64,000 bases of DNA from the NCBI RefSeq assembly GCF_018350175.1, contig NC_058373.1, forward strand, positions 109,742,001 through 109,806,000. The letters are read 5' to 3'. The translations under genes were made by a program, and so were the position numbers. The number at the start of each line of letters is the position of its first letter. The stretch's first letter is position 1. This document shows, one piece after another, positions 25,021-38,153 of the stretch. The stretch is from Felis catus. Lineage: Eukaryota. Under the pieces are notes generated by a model. The model was not told where the DNA came from and made no database searches. It saw only the letters and a list, made by a program, of their open reading frames with translations.

Positions 25021-27168
25021 ACCCCTCTTTTCTCTTCTCCTTTGTGGCATCTCCTTGTGTGCATCAGGATGTGGTGGTTTGCCAGACTGGCAAATTGAAT
25101 ATTGTCATAGGTTTAGGGGCACTATCAGAATCTATGTGAGCCATGAAATTTATGTGCTTCTTGAAAGAGAACTCTAGGGGCGCCTGACTGGCTCCGTTGG
25201 TGCAGTGTGTGGCTCTTGATCTTGGGGTTGCAAGTTCCAGCCGCACATTGGGTATAGAGACTACTTAAAAACAAAATTTTAAAAAAATGAAAGAAAGAAA
25301 GAAAACTCTTGCTGTCTTTTTTTTTTTTTAATGAGGAAGAGAGGTTTAGTAGGGAGACAAATGTGTAAATAAAAATATCCAAGTTGCTATAAAGGTAAAC
25401 ACAAGATTAAGCGCTAGTATAAAGTGAAAGAAGGATCAGAAACAGGAGGAAATGATTGCTCTGGGTCATAAGGACAAACAGGAGTGAAACAAACTACCAG
25501 GCAGAGGAAGCAACTTTATCAAAGCATGGAAATAGCATAACATGTATAAATACTGCTTAGTGCTTACTTTACTCCCACTGTTCTCAGAGCTTTACATGGG
25601 TCAGCTCATGTAACATTGCCAACAATCTTAAAACGTTTAAACAATGCTATCAATTAGATTCCACTGCTTGTAACACAGAGTTAAAATAACAATGGTTTTT
25701 GAGGACCCTGGGTGGCCCAGTCGGTTAAGCATCTGACTCTTGATCCCAGCCCAGTTCATGTATCTCACGGTTTGTAAGATTGAGTCCCACGTTGGGCTCT
25801 GAGCTGACAGCACAGAACCTGCTTGGGATTCTCTCTCCCTCTCTCTCTGCCCCTCCCCACCTCTCTCTCTCTCTCAAAATAAATAAGCTTAAAACAATAA
25901 AATAAAATAACAGTGGCTTAAACAATAGAGCAGTTTCTTTCTTTCTTTACAAAACTTCAGGGTCCCAGACTAATTTTAGCCAAGTAGTCTAGAAGCTAGT
26001 CATGGCCTTTATCCTCCCTCACAGTCCAAGATACTATCTAGAACTCCAGCTATCACATCCATAGACAGCAGGAGAGGGGACACAGGGAACTCAACAACCG
26101 TCATTTTGTGCAGATTCTTAGAAGTTTCCACATATACCTCATTACGCCTAACATAGTCTTGTAACCACAAAGACTTGTAAAATACTCTGGGAAATAGTCC
26201 TTACTCTGGATATTACATCGCCATCTATGATTTGGAGTTTGATAACTATGGAAAGGAGAACAGATAATGGAAGACAGGAGTTTCTTCCTCTTGTCTCCCT
26301 CTATTTTTCAGATAATGAAACCAACGATGCATTCAAGGATTTCAAGTAGTTTTTTTGTTTGTTTGTTTTTTGTTTGTTTGTTTTGCTTATGCATAAAGTG
26401 TGAGGTGGGAAGAATGAAGGAGGAGGATGGCGCTACAAAGTTATATGATTTTAATTCTGACCCCTTACATGATCAAAAGAAGAACGGGCAGTGAAATGCA
26501 CAAAACCCAGGCAGTGCTAAAGTGCAAAAGGCATAATGTGTGAGTAATCTCAAAGCTAGATAATTGAGTTGGAGTGTGGATCTGAGAGACGGATTAGTAA
26601 AATGGGTCAGTAATTGAATAGTAAATTGATTCAATATGACATTGCTGACTGCCGTGGCAGAAGATTATATAAATTTTGCCGAAAGGACAACAAATATCAT
26701 CTGACTCACATTTTTCAATTTTGCCTTTTAATTTTGGTAAAATGTCGACCTCTCCTCTAAACGATCATCCAGTAAAGGTAGAATAGTTTGCATTTAGTGC
26801 ACAGTGATTAGGGAAAAGCAACACAGTGCGGGCAAATTATTGCCTCACAAATATCTTACATTTATTTGAGTCAATGTTCAGATGAAAAATATTGTGAGGA
26901 AATACATACACATGACCACGGTCAAGTAGTACCTGTAGGAGACACTGTGGCCACCTTGTCAACAACTACTCATTAACCCCAATCTAATTTCTATATCCTT
27001 CCCTGAACCCACAAGCTTCAGAGGAGCCTATGTTATTCTCAGCCCCACAGGCAATGAATCACGATTGGACCAATTGGTGGCGATCACATTTCTCCTGCTG
27101 GTGACTATTTTAGGCATGGGCACATAATGAAATTCCAACCAATGACACTTGCTATGAGGCTTCTCAGA

Positions 27169-27170
<2 letters not shown>

Positions 27171-27206
<36 letters not shown>
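27171..27206. repeat. (TG)n microsatellite, within a probable old MaLR LTR (about 26930-27490)
   Basis: About 18 GT units. Confidence 0.9.
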
Positions 27207-27208
<2 letters not shown>

Positions 27209-28046
27209 TCATTAATAAAAAGGATCACAGACGAAGAAACAGTCTGTTTTCCATTGGACATTGTTGAATGTGGATGTGATCATTTACCGATTATAGCAAT
27301 CTTGTGAACTTGAAGCTGACAAGATGAAGATTGGCAGAGCAGAAAAATGGAAAGAATTTGCATTCTTCCTAACAACCAACCCTGGAAATGTTCCACTCCT
27401 GAACTTATGTGAGGTATTAGTTTCCTTATATGGTTCGTTTGAATTGAGCTGGTATTTGCAGCCAGAAGTACACAAGGTAAGTACATAACAAATATCAAAG
27501 AACAAAAACAGCAGTCTCCTCCCCCATCTCTCCTGCCTAGCTCTTCTCTAGAAGGGAATCCCTTTCACTTTGTTTAGCTTTTTGGCAGGCAGTTTACTTA
27601 CATGCTTCTAAATAATGTGTTAGTAGTGCTATTTGTTTGATTTATCTACAGAAAGAGTATTGACTTTCTACTATGGGAGTAGTAGTTCAACACTTGCACA
27701 CCTCTTCCTTGTCTCTTCCCTGCTCTCAACAGTTTTACAATGTTTGATTAAATCAGCACTGTGCTTACATCATTATGACCTCATAAATATTATTCACTGG
27801 TTAAGAGTTACGTAGTGCACTGAGTGCATTTCTTTTCTCACACAATTTTTTTACCTTTTGGAGTTAAAAATAATCTTCCACCCCTGCCCATATACATGGC
27901 TTTCTGAGTGGCTGGTATTAGTTCTAAACTCTCCAACCGATTTGTAATACCCTTTGAACGTGATTTTTTTCTTTCCCATTAAAATTTCTTGTCTTTCTCC
28001 CTTCCCTCCCTCGCTCATTCGGCATTCCTCTTTTATTTCTAATCAA

Positions 28047-28259
28047 TTTTTTTTAACGTTTATTCATTTTTGAGAGACAGAGAGAGACAGAGCGCAAGCA
28101 GGGGAGGGGCAGAGAGAGAGGGAGACACAGAATCTGAAGCAGACTCCAGGCTCTGAGCTGTCAGCACAGAGCCAGACACGGGGCTAGAACTCACGAACCG
28201 CGAGATCATGACTTAAGCCGAAGTCAGATGCCCGACCGACTTAGCCACCCAGGCACCCC
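28047..28259 (-). mobile_element. Can-SINE
   Basis: Consensus text; TSD TCCTCTTTT(T)ATTTCTAA. Confidence 0.92.
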
Positions 28260-29216
28260 TCCTCTTTTATTTCTAAATCTACTTCCAGTCCCTTCTCCCC
28301 CAATACCCACAACCACTCTATTGTCATTAATATGTACAACTTTTCTGTTTGTGCAAAATGTGAAGCTCTTTGTATATTTTAAATTTATATAAATGGCTTT
28401 CCCCACACATGCATGGTTTCCTGCTGTTTTCATTGGATGCTATATTTTTATGATCAAGCCATATGGCCCAGTATACATCTCAACTGTGGCTTGTAAATAC
28501 TGCGGAGTACTTCATTGTGTAAACCGACACGTTTTTACCTATCCTGTCTCTCAGGGATGGATGTCCACTTTGTTTCCAACGCTATAACATCACAAATGAT
28601 GCCCAGTCATGGGCCTATATGAAAATATCTTTGAGACATTACACCAAGCAGTACAATCGCTAGGTCAGAGAGTACATCAACACACATGTGTTGGCTCTCC
28701 AGAATAGCTGCCTCTGTGCCTACATTCCCATCACCAGTACAGGATGGTTCCTATATGCCCAAATGCTTCCAACATTTGGCATCATTTAGTTTTCTAATTT
28801 TTGTAGTTCTAAAAGGGATGAAGTGATTTTTGTGAGTCTCCGTTTCTCTAATTTCTAGGGAGTTTGGCCACTGTTTTAGTTTCTTCTGAAATTTGCCTTT
28901 GCATATTCTTTGCTCATTTTCCCATTGCCACTGTGTTCCCATATAGATCTACAATACCGTCTATAGTCTAATGGAACCACTTGTTGATTTCAAATATATT
29001 TTCTCCCATCCTGTTGTTTATCTATAGATTTGGGGGGACGAGAAATGCTTAATTTTGATATAGAATTTCTTTTTTGCCTTATACTTCATACTTTTGAAGT
29101 TGAGAAAGTCATTTGCCACTTGCAGGCCACAGAGGCATTTTCCCATACTTCCTCGTATTAAATTTATAGGTTTCATCTTTTATCGTTTAAATCTACCATT
29201 TAAGGAACCTAGTTTT

Positions 29217-29845
29217 GGGGCACCTGGGTGGCTCAGTCGGTTAAATATCAGACTTTGGCTCAAGTCATGATCTCATGATTCGTGGGTTCGAGCCCCAAGT
29301 TGGGCTCTGTGCTGACAGTTGGACGTTGCTTCCAATTCTGTGTCTCCCTCTCTCTCTGCCCCTTCCCCCTTGTGCTCTCTCTCCCAAAAATAAATATTAA
29401 ACAAAATTTTTTTACAATTTTTTTAAACATTTATTCATTTTTGAGAGACAGAGTGTGAGGGGGGGAGGGGCAGAGAAAGAGGGAGACAGAATCTGAAGCA
29501 GGCTCCAGGCTCTGAGCTGTCAGCACAGAGCCAACGCAGGGCTCAAACTCTGATCATGACCTGAGTTGAAGTCAGATGCTTAACCGACTGAGCCACCTAG
29601 GCACCCCGAAAATTTTTTTTAAAAAGGAATCTAGTGGGGCGCCTGGGTGGCTCAGTCGGTTGAGCGTCCGACTTCAGCTCAGGTCGTGATCTTGCGGTCT
29701 GTGGGTTCAAGCCCCGCATCGGGCTCTGTGCTGACAACTCAGAGCCTGGAGCCTGTTTCAGATTCTGTGTCTCCCTCTCTCTGACCCTCCCCCGTTCATG
29801 CTCTGTCTCTGTCTGTCTCAAAAATAAATAAAGGTTAAAAAAAAT
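29217..29845. mobile_element. Three adjacent Can-SINEs in +/-/+ orientation (29217-29405, 29418-29607, 29636-29845)
   Basis: Consensus text; shared AAGGAA(C/T)CTAGT target. Confidence 0.92.
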
Positions 29846-31339
29846 TTTTAAAAGGAATCTAGTTTTATTTTTCTCCATCTAGTGAGCTACTATTCCCAAT
29901 ACCATCTAATAAAAAACTCCCTTTTACATTGTCACCTTTCTAAGGTATTAAGTTGTTATATACCCATGCTCTCTGAGCTCTATTCATCGACATTGTTCTA
30001 AGGACACATCACAGTTTTTCTATGATTTTGTGGAATCCGATAGTCTTAATATCTGGTAGAGAAAGTTCCCCTTTTCTAAGTTTATTTTTATTTGTGGACC
30101 TCATTAGTCCATACAAATTTTAAAGTAAGTTTCAGTTCCTCAAAAAAATCCAACTAGAATTTGGTGGGGATTATATTGATTTTTCAGATTAAATTCAGAA
30201 TGGTCATTTTTAAAATATTATCATCATTGGAAGCAAGGAGTATTTCTTAGGACATCTTCTATGTCTTTACTGGAATTTTAAAGTTTTTCTAAATAGATCT
30301 TGGGTATTTCTGTTAATTCCTTGATAGTTTTTACATTTCCTGCTATCGTAAAATAATATCCTTTAGATTTTCGTAGGCTGACCTTGTCCTGGCAACTTTG
30401 TTGAATCTCTTTTAATAGTTCAAAGAGAATTGAAAACACAAGTCTAGGTATACACCTAGGTATAGGTCATTTGCATATTGGATTTTCTAGGTGTATATCA
30501 TTTGCAAAGGAGTTTTTTTTTTCCCTTTCTTCTTCCAATCCATACACATTGTCATACTTTTTCTTTCCTTATAGTATTAGCCAGAATTCATACTATTGTG
30601 ATAGACTTCCTCACTGAGTCTTGGTCTTAAAGGGAATGTATTTAATTTAACATTTCTCCACTAAGAATAATGTCTCCCCTGGATTTTGATATATTAACTT
30701 TAACCAAGTTAAAAAACTATTCTTTCAATAGCATGATGTTTACATTTTTCATAAATAGGTGCAAAACCACACTGCGTTTTTCTATCTCAATTAATATAAT
30801 CATGATTTTTCCCCCTTTTTGTCTATTACTGTCATAGATTTTCTGATGTTGAGTCATCCTGAGATACATCTTAGTTGGTCATATTTTTTAAAATGCACCA
30901 TTGAATTTGGTTAGCTAATATTTTTTATTTAAAAAAATTTTTTTTGACTCTTTATTTATTTTTGAGAGAGAGTGCAAGTAGGGGAGGAACAGAGAGAGAG
31001 GGAGACAAAGAATCCAAAGCAGGCTCCAGGCCCTGAGCTGTCAGCACAGAGTCCAACACAGGGCTTGAACTCATGAACTGTGAGCTCATGACCCGAGCTG
31101 AAGTCGGATGCTTAACCAACTGAGCCATCCAGGTGCCCCTGGTTAGCTAATATTTTTAACGGGGAATATATATTCTTAAACAAAGTGGATTCACTTTTTT
31201 CTTCATATTCATAGGCTTTGGAATTAAGGTTGTATTAGCCTTAAATTCCATTTTGTCAACTATTAAGATTGTCACCCTGGCTTTTTGGTTCATATTTGTC
31301 TGGTATGACAAATAGTTTTTTGGTAATAGTTGTGTTTTT

Positions 31340-32230
31340 TTTGGTAGTAGTTTCATGTGGGTAACATTCACGTGCAATTCGTTTATTTAAAGTGTACAAT
31401 TCAATGGTTTTTAGAGTTGTGCAACTAAAATCGCCATCAATTTTCATCACCACCCCTTCCCCTCCAAATCATCCAACTCTCCCATTTCCCCCCCACCTCT
31501 CAGCCCTAGGTAACCACTCAAATGTGTTCTTTATAGACTTGACTATCCTGGACATTTGATGTACATGGGATCCTATGATACGTGGTCTTCTGCGGCTGTT
31601 TTTACCTAGCATGTTTTCAAGGTTCATCCAACTTGTAGCATGTATTTGCACTTCTTTTCTTTTTATGACTGAATAATATTCCATTGTATGGACAGACCAT
31701 AATTTACCCCTCCATCAATTGATGGATATTTGGAGTGTTTCCACCTTTTGGCTATTATGAACAATGCTATTACGAAGACTCGTGTACCAGTTTTTGTGTG
31801 GACTTATGTTTTCAGGTCCCTTCAGCAAAAGCCAAGGAGTGGAACTGCTGGGTCAAAGAGTAACTGTTTGAGGAATTGCCAGACTGTAGCTAAACTATTT
31901 TACATTCCTAACAGCAGAATATGAAGCTTTTCATTTCTCCATATCCTCACCAACATTTTTTTTTTATTATAGCCATCCCATTATAGATACCCAGTGGTAT
32001 CTCATTGTGGTTTTGGTTTGCATTTCTCTGCTGACTAATAATGCTAAGCATCTTAGTGTGTGTTTATTGACTATTTCTGTATCTTCTTTGGAGAAAAGTC
32101 TATTCACACCCTTGACCATTTAAAAAATTGTGTTCTCTTATTGAGTGGTGACATTTTTAAAAAATGTTTTGAATACAAGTTCTCATGTGATATATTATTT
32201 GCAAATATCTTCTCCCATTCTGGGGGTTGG
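31340..32230 (-). mobile_element. Old LINE-1 3' fragment
   Basis: Antisense L1; ORF 31469..31684 resembles the ORF2 C-terminus (MEYYSVIKRKEV...TSWMNLENML). Confidence 0.85.
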
Positions 32231-32274
32231 TATGCCTTTCTTCATTCTTCAATTTTTAAAACCTGTATCTTTAT

Positions 32275-32888
32275 CTTTTTTTTGGAAGTTTATTTAATTC
32301 TGGGGGGGGGAGGGGCAGAAAGAGAGGGGGAGAGAGAGAGAGAACCCCAAGTAGGCTCCGCACTGTCAGTGCAGAGCCCCACGTGGGGCTCAAACTCACA
32401 AGCCCATGAGATCATGACCTGAGCTGAAATCAAGAGTCGGGCAGTTAACCGACTGAGCCACCCAGGCTCTACTCCCAGGGTGGAGCCCAATGTGGGGCGA
32501 AACAGGGGGCTTGAACTCATGATCCTGAGATTAAAAGTTGGCCACTTAACCAGCTGAGTCATCCAGGCACTGCTGAAAGTATATATTTTTTAACCCTTTG
32601 TTTTAAGATTATTTTTTATATTTTGAGAGAGAGAGAGAGGGAGGGAGGGAGAGGGAGAGGGAGAGGGAGAGGGAGAGGGAGAGGGAGAGGGAGAGGGAGA
32701 GGGAGAGGGAGAGGGAGAGGGAGAGGGAGAGGGAGAGGGAGAGGGAGAGGGAGAGGGAGAGGGAGAGAGTCTTAAGCAGGCTCCACACTCAGCGCTGAGC
32801 CCGACATGGGGCTCGATCTCACAACCGTGAGATCGTGACCTGAACTCAAGAGTCAGATGCTTAACCATCTGAGCCACCCAGGAGCCTC
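32275..32888 (-). mobile_element. Cluster of three Can-SINEs
   Basis: Three minus-strand heads ending near 32468, 32572 and 32888. Confidence 0.85.
32647..32766. repeat. (GGGAGA)n hexamer array, about 20 perfect units
   Basis: Directly visible; produces the (SP)n pseudo-ORF. Confidence 0.95.
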
Positions 32889-33279
32889 TATTTTTTAATC
32901 TTTTAAAAACTTTTATTTTTAAATCATTTTCAATATGAGGGTTTCTTTCAATTGGCGAGTTTAAGGCACATAACCATTTTCCACGTGGTCAAATGCACTG
33001 GGAAACCTCTGTCAAGTTTATTTTCCTCCCTGGACGTCTCCCTCCTGATAGCTTATGTCCTCTTGTTCTGACCTGGACTCAATACTGCGGGCCTGCTATA
33101 AGGCTGTTATCCTGCCACTGTGTTGGGTTGGTGCCCTGATTCTTGGTATCTCTTGTCTTCCTTGATTTTCTCCCTTATCCTTTGGGGAGTACATCTTTCA
33201 GTATCCTTTTTTAAAAAGCTCCACAGACAGTAAAGTCTGAAATCTTTATGTCTGAAAGTGTTTTAAACCTCACCTGTGA

Positions 33280-33515
33280 GGGGGCGCCTGGGTGGCTCAG
33301 TCGGTTAAGCATCTGACTTTGTCTCAGGTCATGATCTCATGGTCCGTGGGTTTGAGCCCCGCTCTGTGCTGTCAGCAGAGCCTGGAGCCTGCTTCAGATT
33401 CTGTGTCCACCACCGCCCCCCCCCCCCCCCCGCCCCTGCCTCTTCTCTTCACTCTTCCCCCACTCATGCTCTGTCTTGCCCTGTCTCTCAAAAATAAATA
33501 AATGTTTAAGAAAAA
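33280..33515 (+). mobile_element. Can-SINE with poly-C tract
   Basis: Consensus text; TSD-like TTAAACCTCAC(C/A)TGTGAGG. Confidence 0.9.
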
Positions 33516-34242
33516 TTGTCTTAAACCTCACATGTGAGGACAATTTGACCTACAGAATTATAGGTTGAAAAGGCAAGTACCTCCTGAAATCCAAATCTTT
33601 TAATTCCTCAGTGGCCAATGAGTCTGTTTAGCCATGGATATTCTGGTTAGCTAAGTAAATTTGGTTCCCGAGTTTCAGAGAGGAAATAGGAAACATTCAC
33701 TTAGTAAGGGATGTCTCAAAAAGTTTATGGTCATCTACTTGATTCATGAGTTTGGAGAGCGTAAGTTCAGATAGCAGGAAACTATCCTCAGGACTTTGAA
33801 GACTTTGATCCAGCATTTTGTGTCATCCAGATTTGCTAATGAAGAGTCTAATGCATGTGTTATCTTTGTACCTAATGATTGTATTTTTTTTCCCCTCCCT
33901 TTGGAAACTTCTACAATTTTCTCTTTCTTCTTGGAGTTCTGAAACTTCACTGTGCTATGCCTCGGTGTAGGTCTTTTTCATTCATTACATTTGACACTCT
34001 GTTGGCCTTCCAATCTACAGACAAAGTTCTGGGAATAGCTTCTAATGTTATTTCGCTTTAATAATCCCTCCCACTCCCTTAAAAACGTTTTTTCCACATT
34101 GTAAACACTGATAGTCTGATATTAGACCCCTACATTTACTTTCTGTGGCTTTTGCCTTTTCTCTCACTTGCTCTTTGAGGGTCTACTTTCAAAGACATTT
34201 CCTCATCTCCATCTTCCAACCCTATTAATTACTTAAAAAAAA

Positions 34243-34476
34243 TTTTTTTTTAATGTTTTTATTTATTTTTGAGACAGAGAGAGACAGAGCATGAGCAGAG
34301 GAGGGGCAGAGAGAGGGGGAAACACAGAAACCGAAGCAGGCTCCAGGCTCCGAGCTGTCGGCACACAGCCCGAGCTGTCGGCACACAGCCCGACGCGGGG
34401 CTCGAACTCACCGACCGTGAGATCATGACCTGAGCCGAAGTCAGACGCCCAACCGACTGAGCCACCCGGGCGCCCC
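34243..34476 (-). mobile_element. Can-SINE with 20-bp internal tandem duplication
   Basis: Consensus text; TSD CCTATTAATTACTT. Confidence 0.92.
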
Positions 34477-35015
34477 CTATTAATTACTTTTAAATTTTAA
34501 ATATTTTTGAAAGCTTATACTGTTTTGATAACTGTTTCATTTCCTGTTGTGTCATACATGCAAGGTCTCCAAATCTTTTTATACAGCTTTTCTACTTACA
34601 TAGTCAGCACTGTCTCAAATCCTAAGTATCTTAGAAATATGGTTTTTCATTTTTATATAGTGCTTGCTCCATCAAAAGATCAAAATGTACCAAAGATTTT
34701 AAGCAGCATGAGGCATTATCAAATCTGTGTTTTCTCTGGTCAGCCTAGAAACAGTGGGAAGAACAAACTGGAGAGACAGGGTGTGTAATCTAGGTGAGAA
34801 ATGATGAAACTCTTATTTAAGGCGATAGTGGTGGGGTAACAGCAAAAGAACAGAAGACAGATTTTAGGAGGTGGAATGGCAAAGGATTTGGTGATTGACT
34901 GGTTAGGGGGAAAGAATAAAGTCCAGAATTAACCACCGGGTTATGGTTTGAACAACAGCAAGAAGAGCTGAATTTTTCCAAATAAGAGTTATCTATTTTG
35001 AATATGTTTTTTAAG

Positions 35016-35237
35016 TTTTTTTTTAATGTTTATTATTTGAAAGAGAGAGAGAGACGGAGACAGAGACAGAGAACAAGCAGCGGAAGGGCAGAGAGAAAGG
35101 GAGATACAGAATCGGAAGCAGGCTCCAGGCTCTGAGCGGCCAGCACAGAGCCCAACATGGGGTCCGAACCCACAGACCGCGAGATCATGACCTGAGCTGC
35201 AGTTGGCTGCCCAACCGACTGAGCCACCCAGACGCCA
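35016..35237 (-). mobile_element. Can-SINE
   Basis: Consensus text; TSD ATTTTGAATATGTTT. Confidence 0.92.
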
Positions 35238-35943
35238 TTTTGAATATGTTTAAGAGTGACGTAACTACGTGTATTGTTCAGTCTCAAGTGAGTTAAGCAA
35301 GCTCATACCTAAATAGAAGTTGCATTGTTCTATGGAATAAAAAGTTCCCCCACTGCTACTTGCAGAGATAAGTCACTATTAACATTTAAAGAGAAATGTA
35401 AAAGGTTCTAAAGTAATGCTTGTATTTTTCAAGCATATTTTTAGTTCAAAAGATAAAAATGTTCTAAAATATTTTTATAAATATTTTTATCTATAAAAAG
35501 ATATTTTTATTTTTAATTAAACGTAAGAACGTACTAAACCTTTAGAGTGACCAACTTTTTATTAGGATACCTTGGAAAAATACGTAGAAGGATGAAAAAA
35601 CTAGCAGTAAACAAAAATTCACGTTTAAATTAGATTATGGTGGTGTCCCCCTTTAAGCTCTAGCGGCCAACTCTTGCATGGCCCCCACTCCCCATGGGCT
35701 CTTACGTTTAAAAATATGGATAAAGCACTATGAAAGAAAATTTTATCACAAAATGCTAGACTACTTTGAAATAAAAAAGTCATTCTGCTATTATACTTTC
35801 ATTGTTGTATTTCCACGGACCCAAAATGAATTTTGCAAGATAATTTCTTTTTCCTCAATGAAATACCTGCTTACTATTTAACCATTTTAAAATATAGATG
35901 CAAATATTTACTAAATATATATTTTTAAATAGACACAAATCAC

Positions 35944-35949
35944 TTTATT
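35944..35949 (-). terminator. WDR89: Candidate WDR89 polyadenylation signal AATAAA
   Basis: TTTATT on +, about 520 nt after the stop codon in an AT-rich 3' UTR; other candidates exist further downstream. Confidence 0.5.
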
Positions 35950-36466
35950 TCTAAAAAAGCTTAGTACTATTTAGAATCATTAGAATATTTACATTTAAAT
36001 ACTCCAACATAATCTATGTGTATTAAGCAAGTAGGAGCTCTGACAGAAAACAGTCTGATTTGGTTTTATAAATAATGAAGATGATTTTAAATGTAAAAAA
36101 CTGAGCTTACAAAATATAGCTCAAACCACCTGATTTTTTAAAGTCATATCAGCCATCTACTTCTAAAAAGTCCTTATCAAAGCTATTTCTTAAAACTCAA
36201 CATTTACTAACTCAACAGATGGGTTTTAAAAATGAGGAATGTAATTTTACTTTCAACTCACTGATTATATACTCAACTGGCAGCTTTAAAAAAAATAATT
36301 TTAGAATACATGAAGACCTGAATTAAACCATTTTCAGCGTTTTTCCAGGATTGTTTGCTAACTGGCTTGTTTTTACATATGAGCTTTAAACAGATCTATC
36401 ACAGGTAGAACACAAAGATAATTACTTGCGACTATAAAACCTTTCAAGGAAGCTCCCAACATCACA

Positions 36467-37630
36467 TCACTGCTTCTTCCTTTTCTTGAAAGAATCATTA
36501 CTGTGAACTCGAACTCGCTGGTACACAGAGGATGCTATTTTCATGCTGTCTTTCTTTGTAAATGTCTTGTCTAATGCTCCAGGTTTCCAAAGTAACAACT
36601 GTGCATCTTCCCCTCCGGTTAGCAAAGAATCATCCTGCATATTCCAACAGAAAGAGCGAACTGTAGCAGCATGCCCTCCGTGAAGGCTGGTCACATGAAT
36701 CAATCCTGCTGTAGTACAGCTCAGTAAGTGAATAATTCCTGTGTTTGTTCCCCCAACAACAAACAATTTGTCCATTTTTTCGTGATACAGGCCACCAACC
36801 AAATAGTCCAAAATGCCTCCTTTCACATTAATTACTTCTCTGACATCCTGGATGTTCAAACGTGTAATTGGTTCATCAGTATCCAGATGATTAAGATCCC
36901 ACCAACAAAATCCTTCATCGTGCGTCATGCAATAAATCTGTTTATAGTCCTTCCCAGACCAACCAATACAGCTTACGGAAGAAACAGAGTTACAGGTCGT
37001 AACCAGTGCATCGTCTTCATTATCAATACTAATATCAAATACGTTCACCAGGCCATCAGTTGAACCGGAGACCACCATGTTGGGATTGCTGGGATGGAAG
37101 CGTACTTGAGTGACGTCATCACTGTGTGTCTCTGAATATGCTCCAAGTGGGTCTTTAGAAGTAGACAAATCCTGAGAATTAATTCTTGCATCCCAAAATA
37201 CCAGCAATGCATCATCATCAACTTTTTCTGTACCAGCGCAAATGACGTGATCATTACAGCTGATATCAAAACTAATGAAAATATTGGAAGGGTAACCCTT
37301 GAACAGCTGGACAGGTTTCTCACTGGCTAATCGAGCGTCCCAACATTTTACAGTGCCGTCAGTACATGATGAATATATATTGTCACAAGAATTTGCAAAT
37401 TTGACTCCATTGAGAAGTCCAGGATAGCCACGAAATTCTCGTAGTATGTATAACCTCTCTTTATCATAGATTCTGATTGACCCGTTAGAACATAAAACAG
37501 CGATCAAGCTTTCTTTTTCTGCTTGTACGGTTTTTGATGCATCTATGCCCAGCAGGTAAGTAGGCTCTGTAGTCCCCGAGGAACGTTTAACAATGTTCAG
37601 GTTAGCGAATTGTTCCTCAATCCTCTCCAT
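36467..37630 (-). CDS. WDR89: WD repeat-containing protein 89, complete intronless CDS, 387 aa
   Basis: MERIEEQFANLNIVKRS...KKRKKQ with WD40 motifs (DGTVKCWD, HSDDVTQVRFHP...SGSTDGLVNVFD, GHAATVRSFCW...LTGGEDAQLLLWK); ATG at 37630; acceptor TTTTTCTTACAG| puts the exon start at 37662; adjacency to PPP2R5E matches known mammalian synteny. Confidence 0.96.
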   Translation of the reverse strand: MERIEEQFANLNIVKRSSGTTEPTYLLGIDASKTVQAEKESLIAVLCSNGSIRIYDKERLYILREFRGYPGLLNGVKFANSCDNIYSSCTDGTVKCWDARLASEKPVQLFKGYPSNIFISFDISCNDHVICAGTEKVDDDALLVFWDARINSQDLSTSKDPLGAYSETHSDDVTQVRFHPSNPNMVVSGSTDGLVNVFDISIDNEDDALVTTCNSVSSVSCIGWSGKDYKQIYCMTHDEGFCWWDLNHLDTDEPITRLNIQDVREVINVKGGILDYLVGGLYHEKMDKLFVVGGTNTGIIHLLSCTTAGLIHVTSLHGGHAATVRSFCWNMQDDSLLTGGEDAQLLLWKPGALDKTFTKKDSMKIASSVYQRVRVHSNDSFKKRKKQ

Positions 37631-38153
37631 GTCAGGAGGAGCACTCAAAGTGCAGTACAAATCTGTAAGAAAAATACAAAAAACTAAAATTAAACCCAAA
37701 GCTTCTCAAAATTATGATTAAATCAAGAACATTTCCCTTTTAGGGCTGGCACAAAAGAAAAAAAAATAAAATCTATTCAAATATTTTAATCTTTCCCTGC
37801 CATGATATGGCTAAAACTTAGTTGCCTCCTTCTGATTCAATCGGTCTTGAATACTGAACCTACCATATATACTTTATGCCAGTAAGAGAATTTTACAACA
37901 TATATAGGTGTTGCTCAGCAGTTCCTTTCAGCTTAAACTCAATTACTGGTCGTACTCCTAATTCTCAGCATTCTCCACTTTGGGATCATCTTCTCCTGGC
38001 CCTAGCTGCCTTAATGTAACTTTTAGAATTTAAATCTAGTTGTGAACGCAGAAAAGTGGTCCTCCAAAGATGTCTAAGCCTTCATCCCTGGAACCTGTGA
38101 ATGTTAGAGGTATCCTGGCAAAGAGGAATTGAGGCAGCTAATCAGCTGACCTT

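Noticed and set aside
32590..32877. (SP)n extensin-like ORF
   Set aside because: Hexamer microsatellite inside a SINE
36728..37323. Alternative-frame and antisense ORFs inside WDR89
   Set aside because: Shadow ORFs of the real CDS with no independent evidence
37631..37699. 23-aa hydrophobic N-terminal extension of WDR89 (410-aa ORF)
   Set aside because: Begins at a TTG in the intron and crosses the polypyrimidine tract and acceptor at 37663/37662; the true start is ATG 37630
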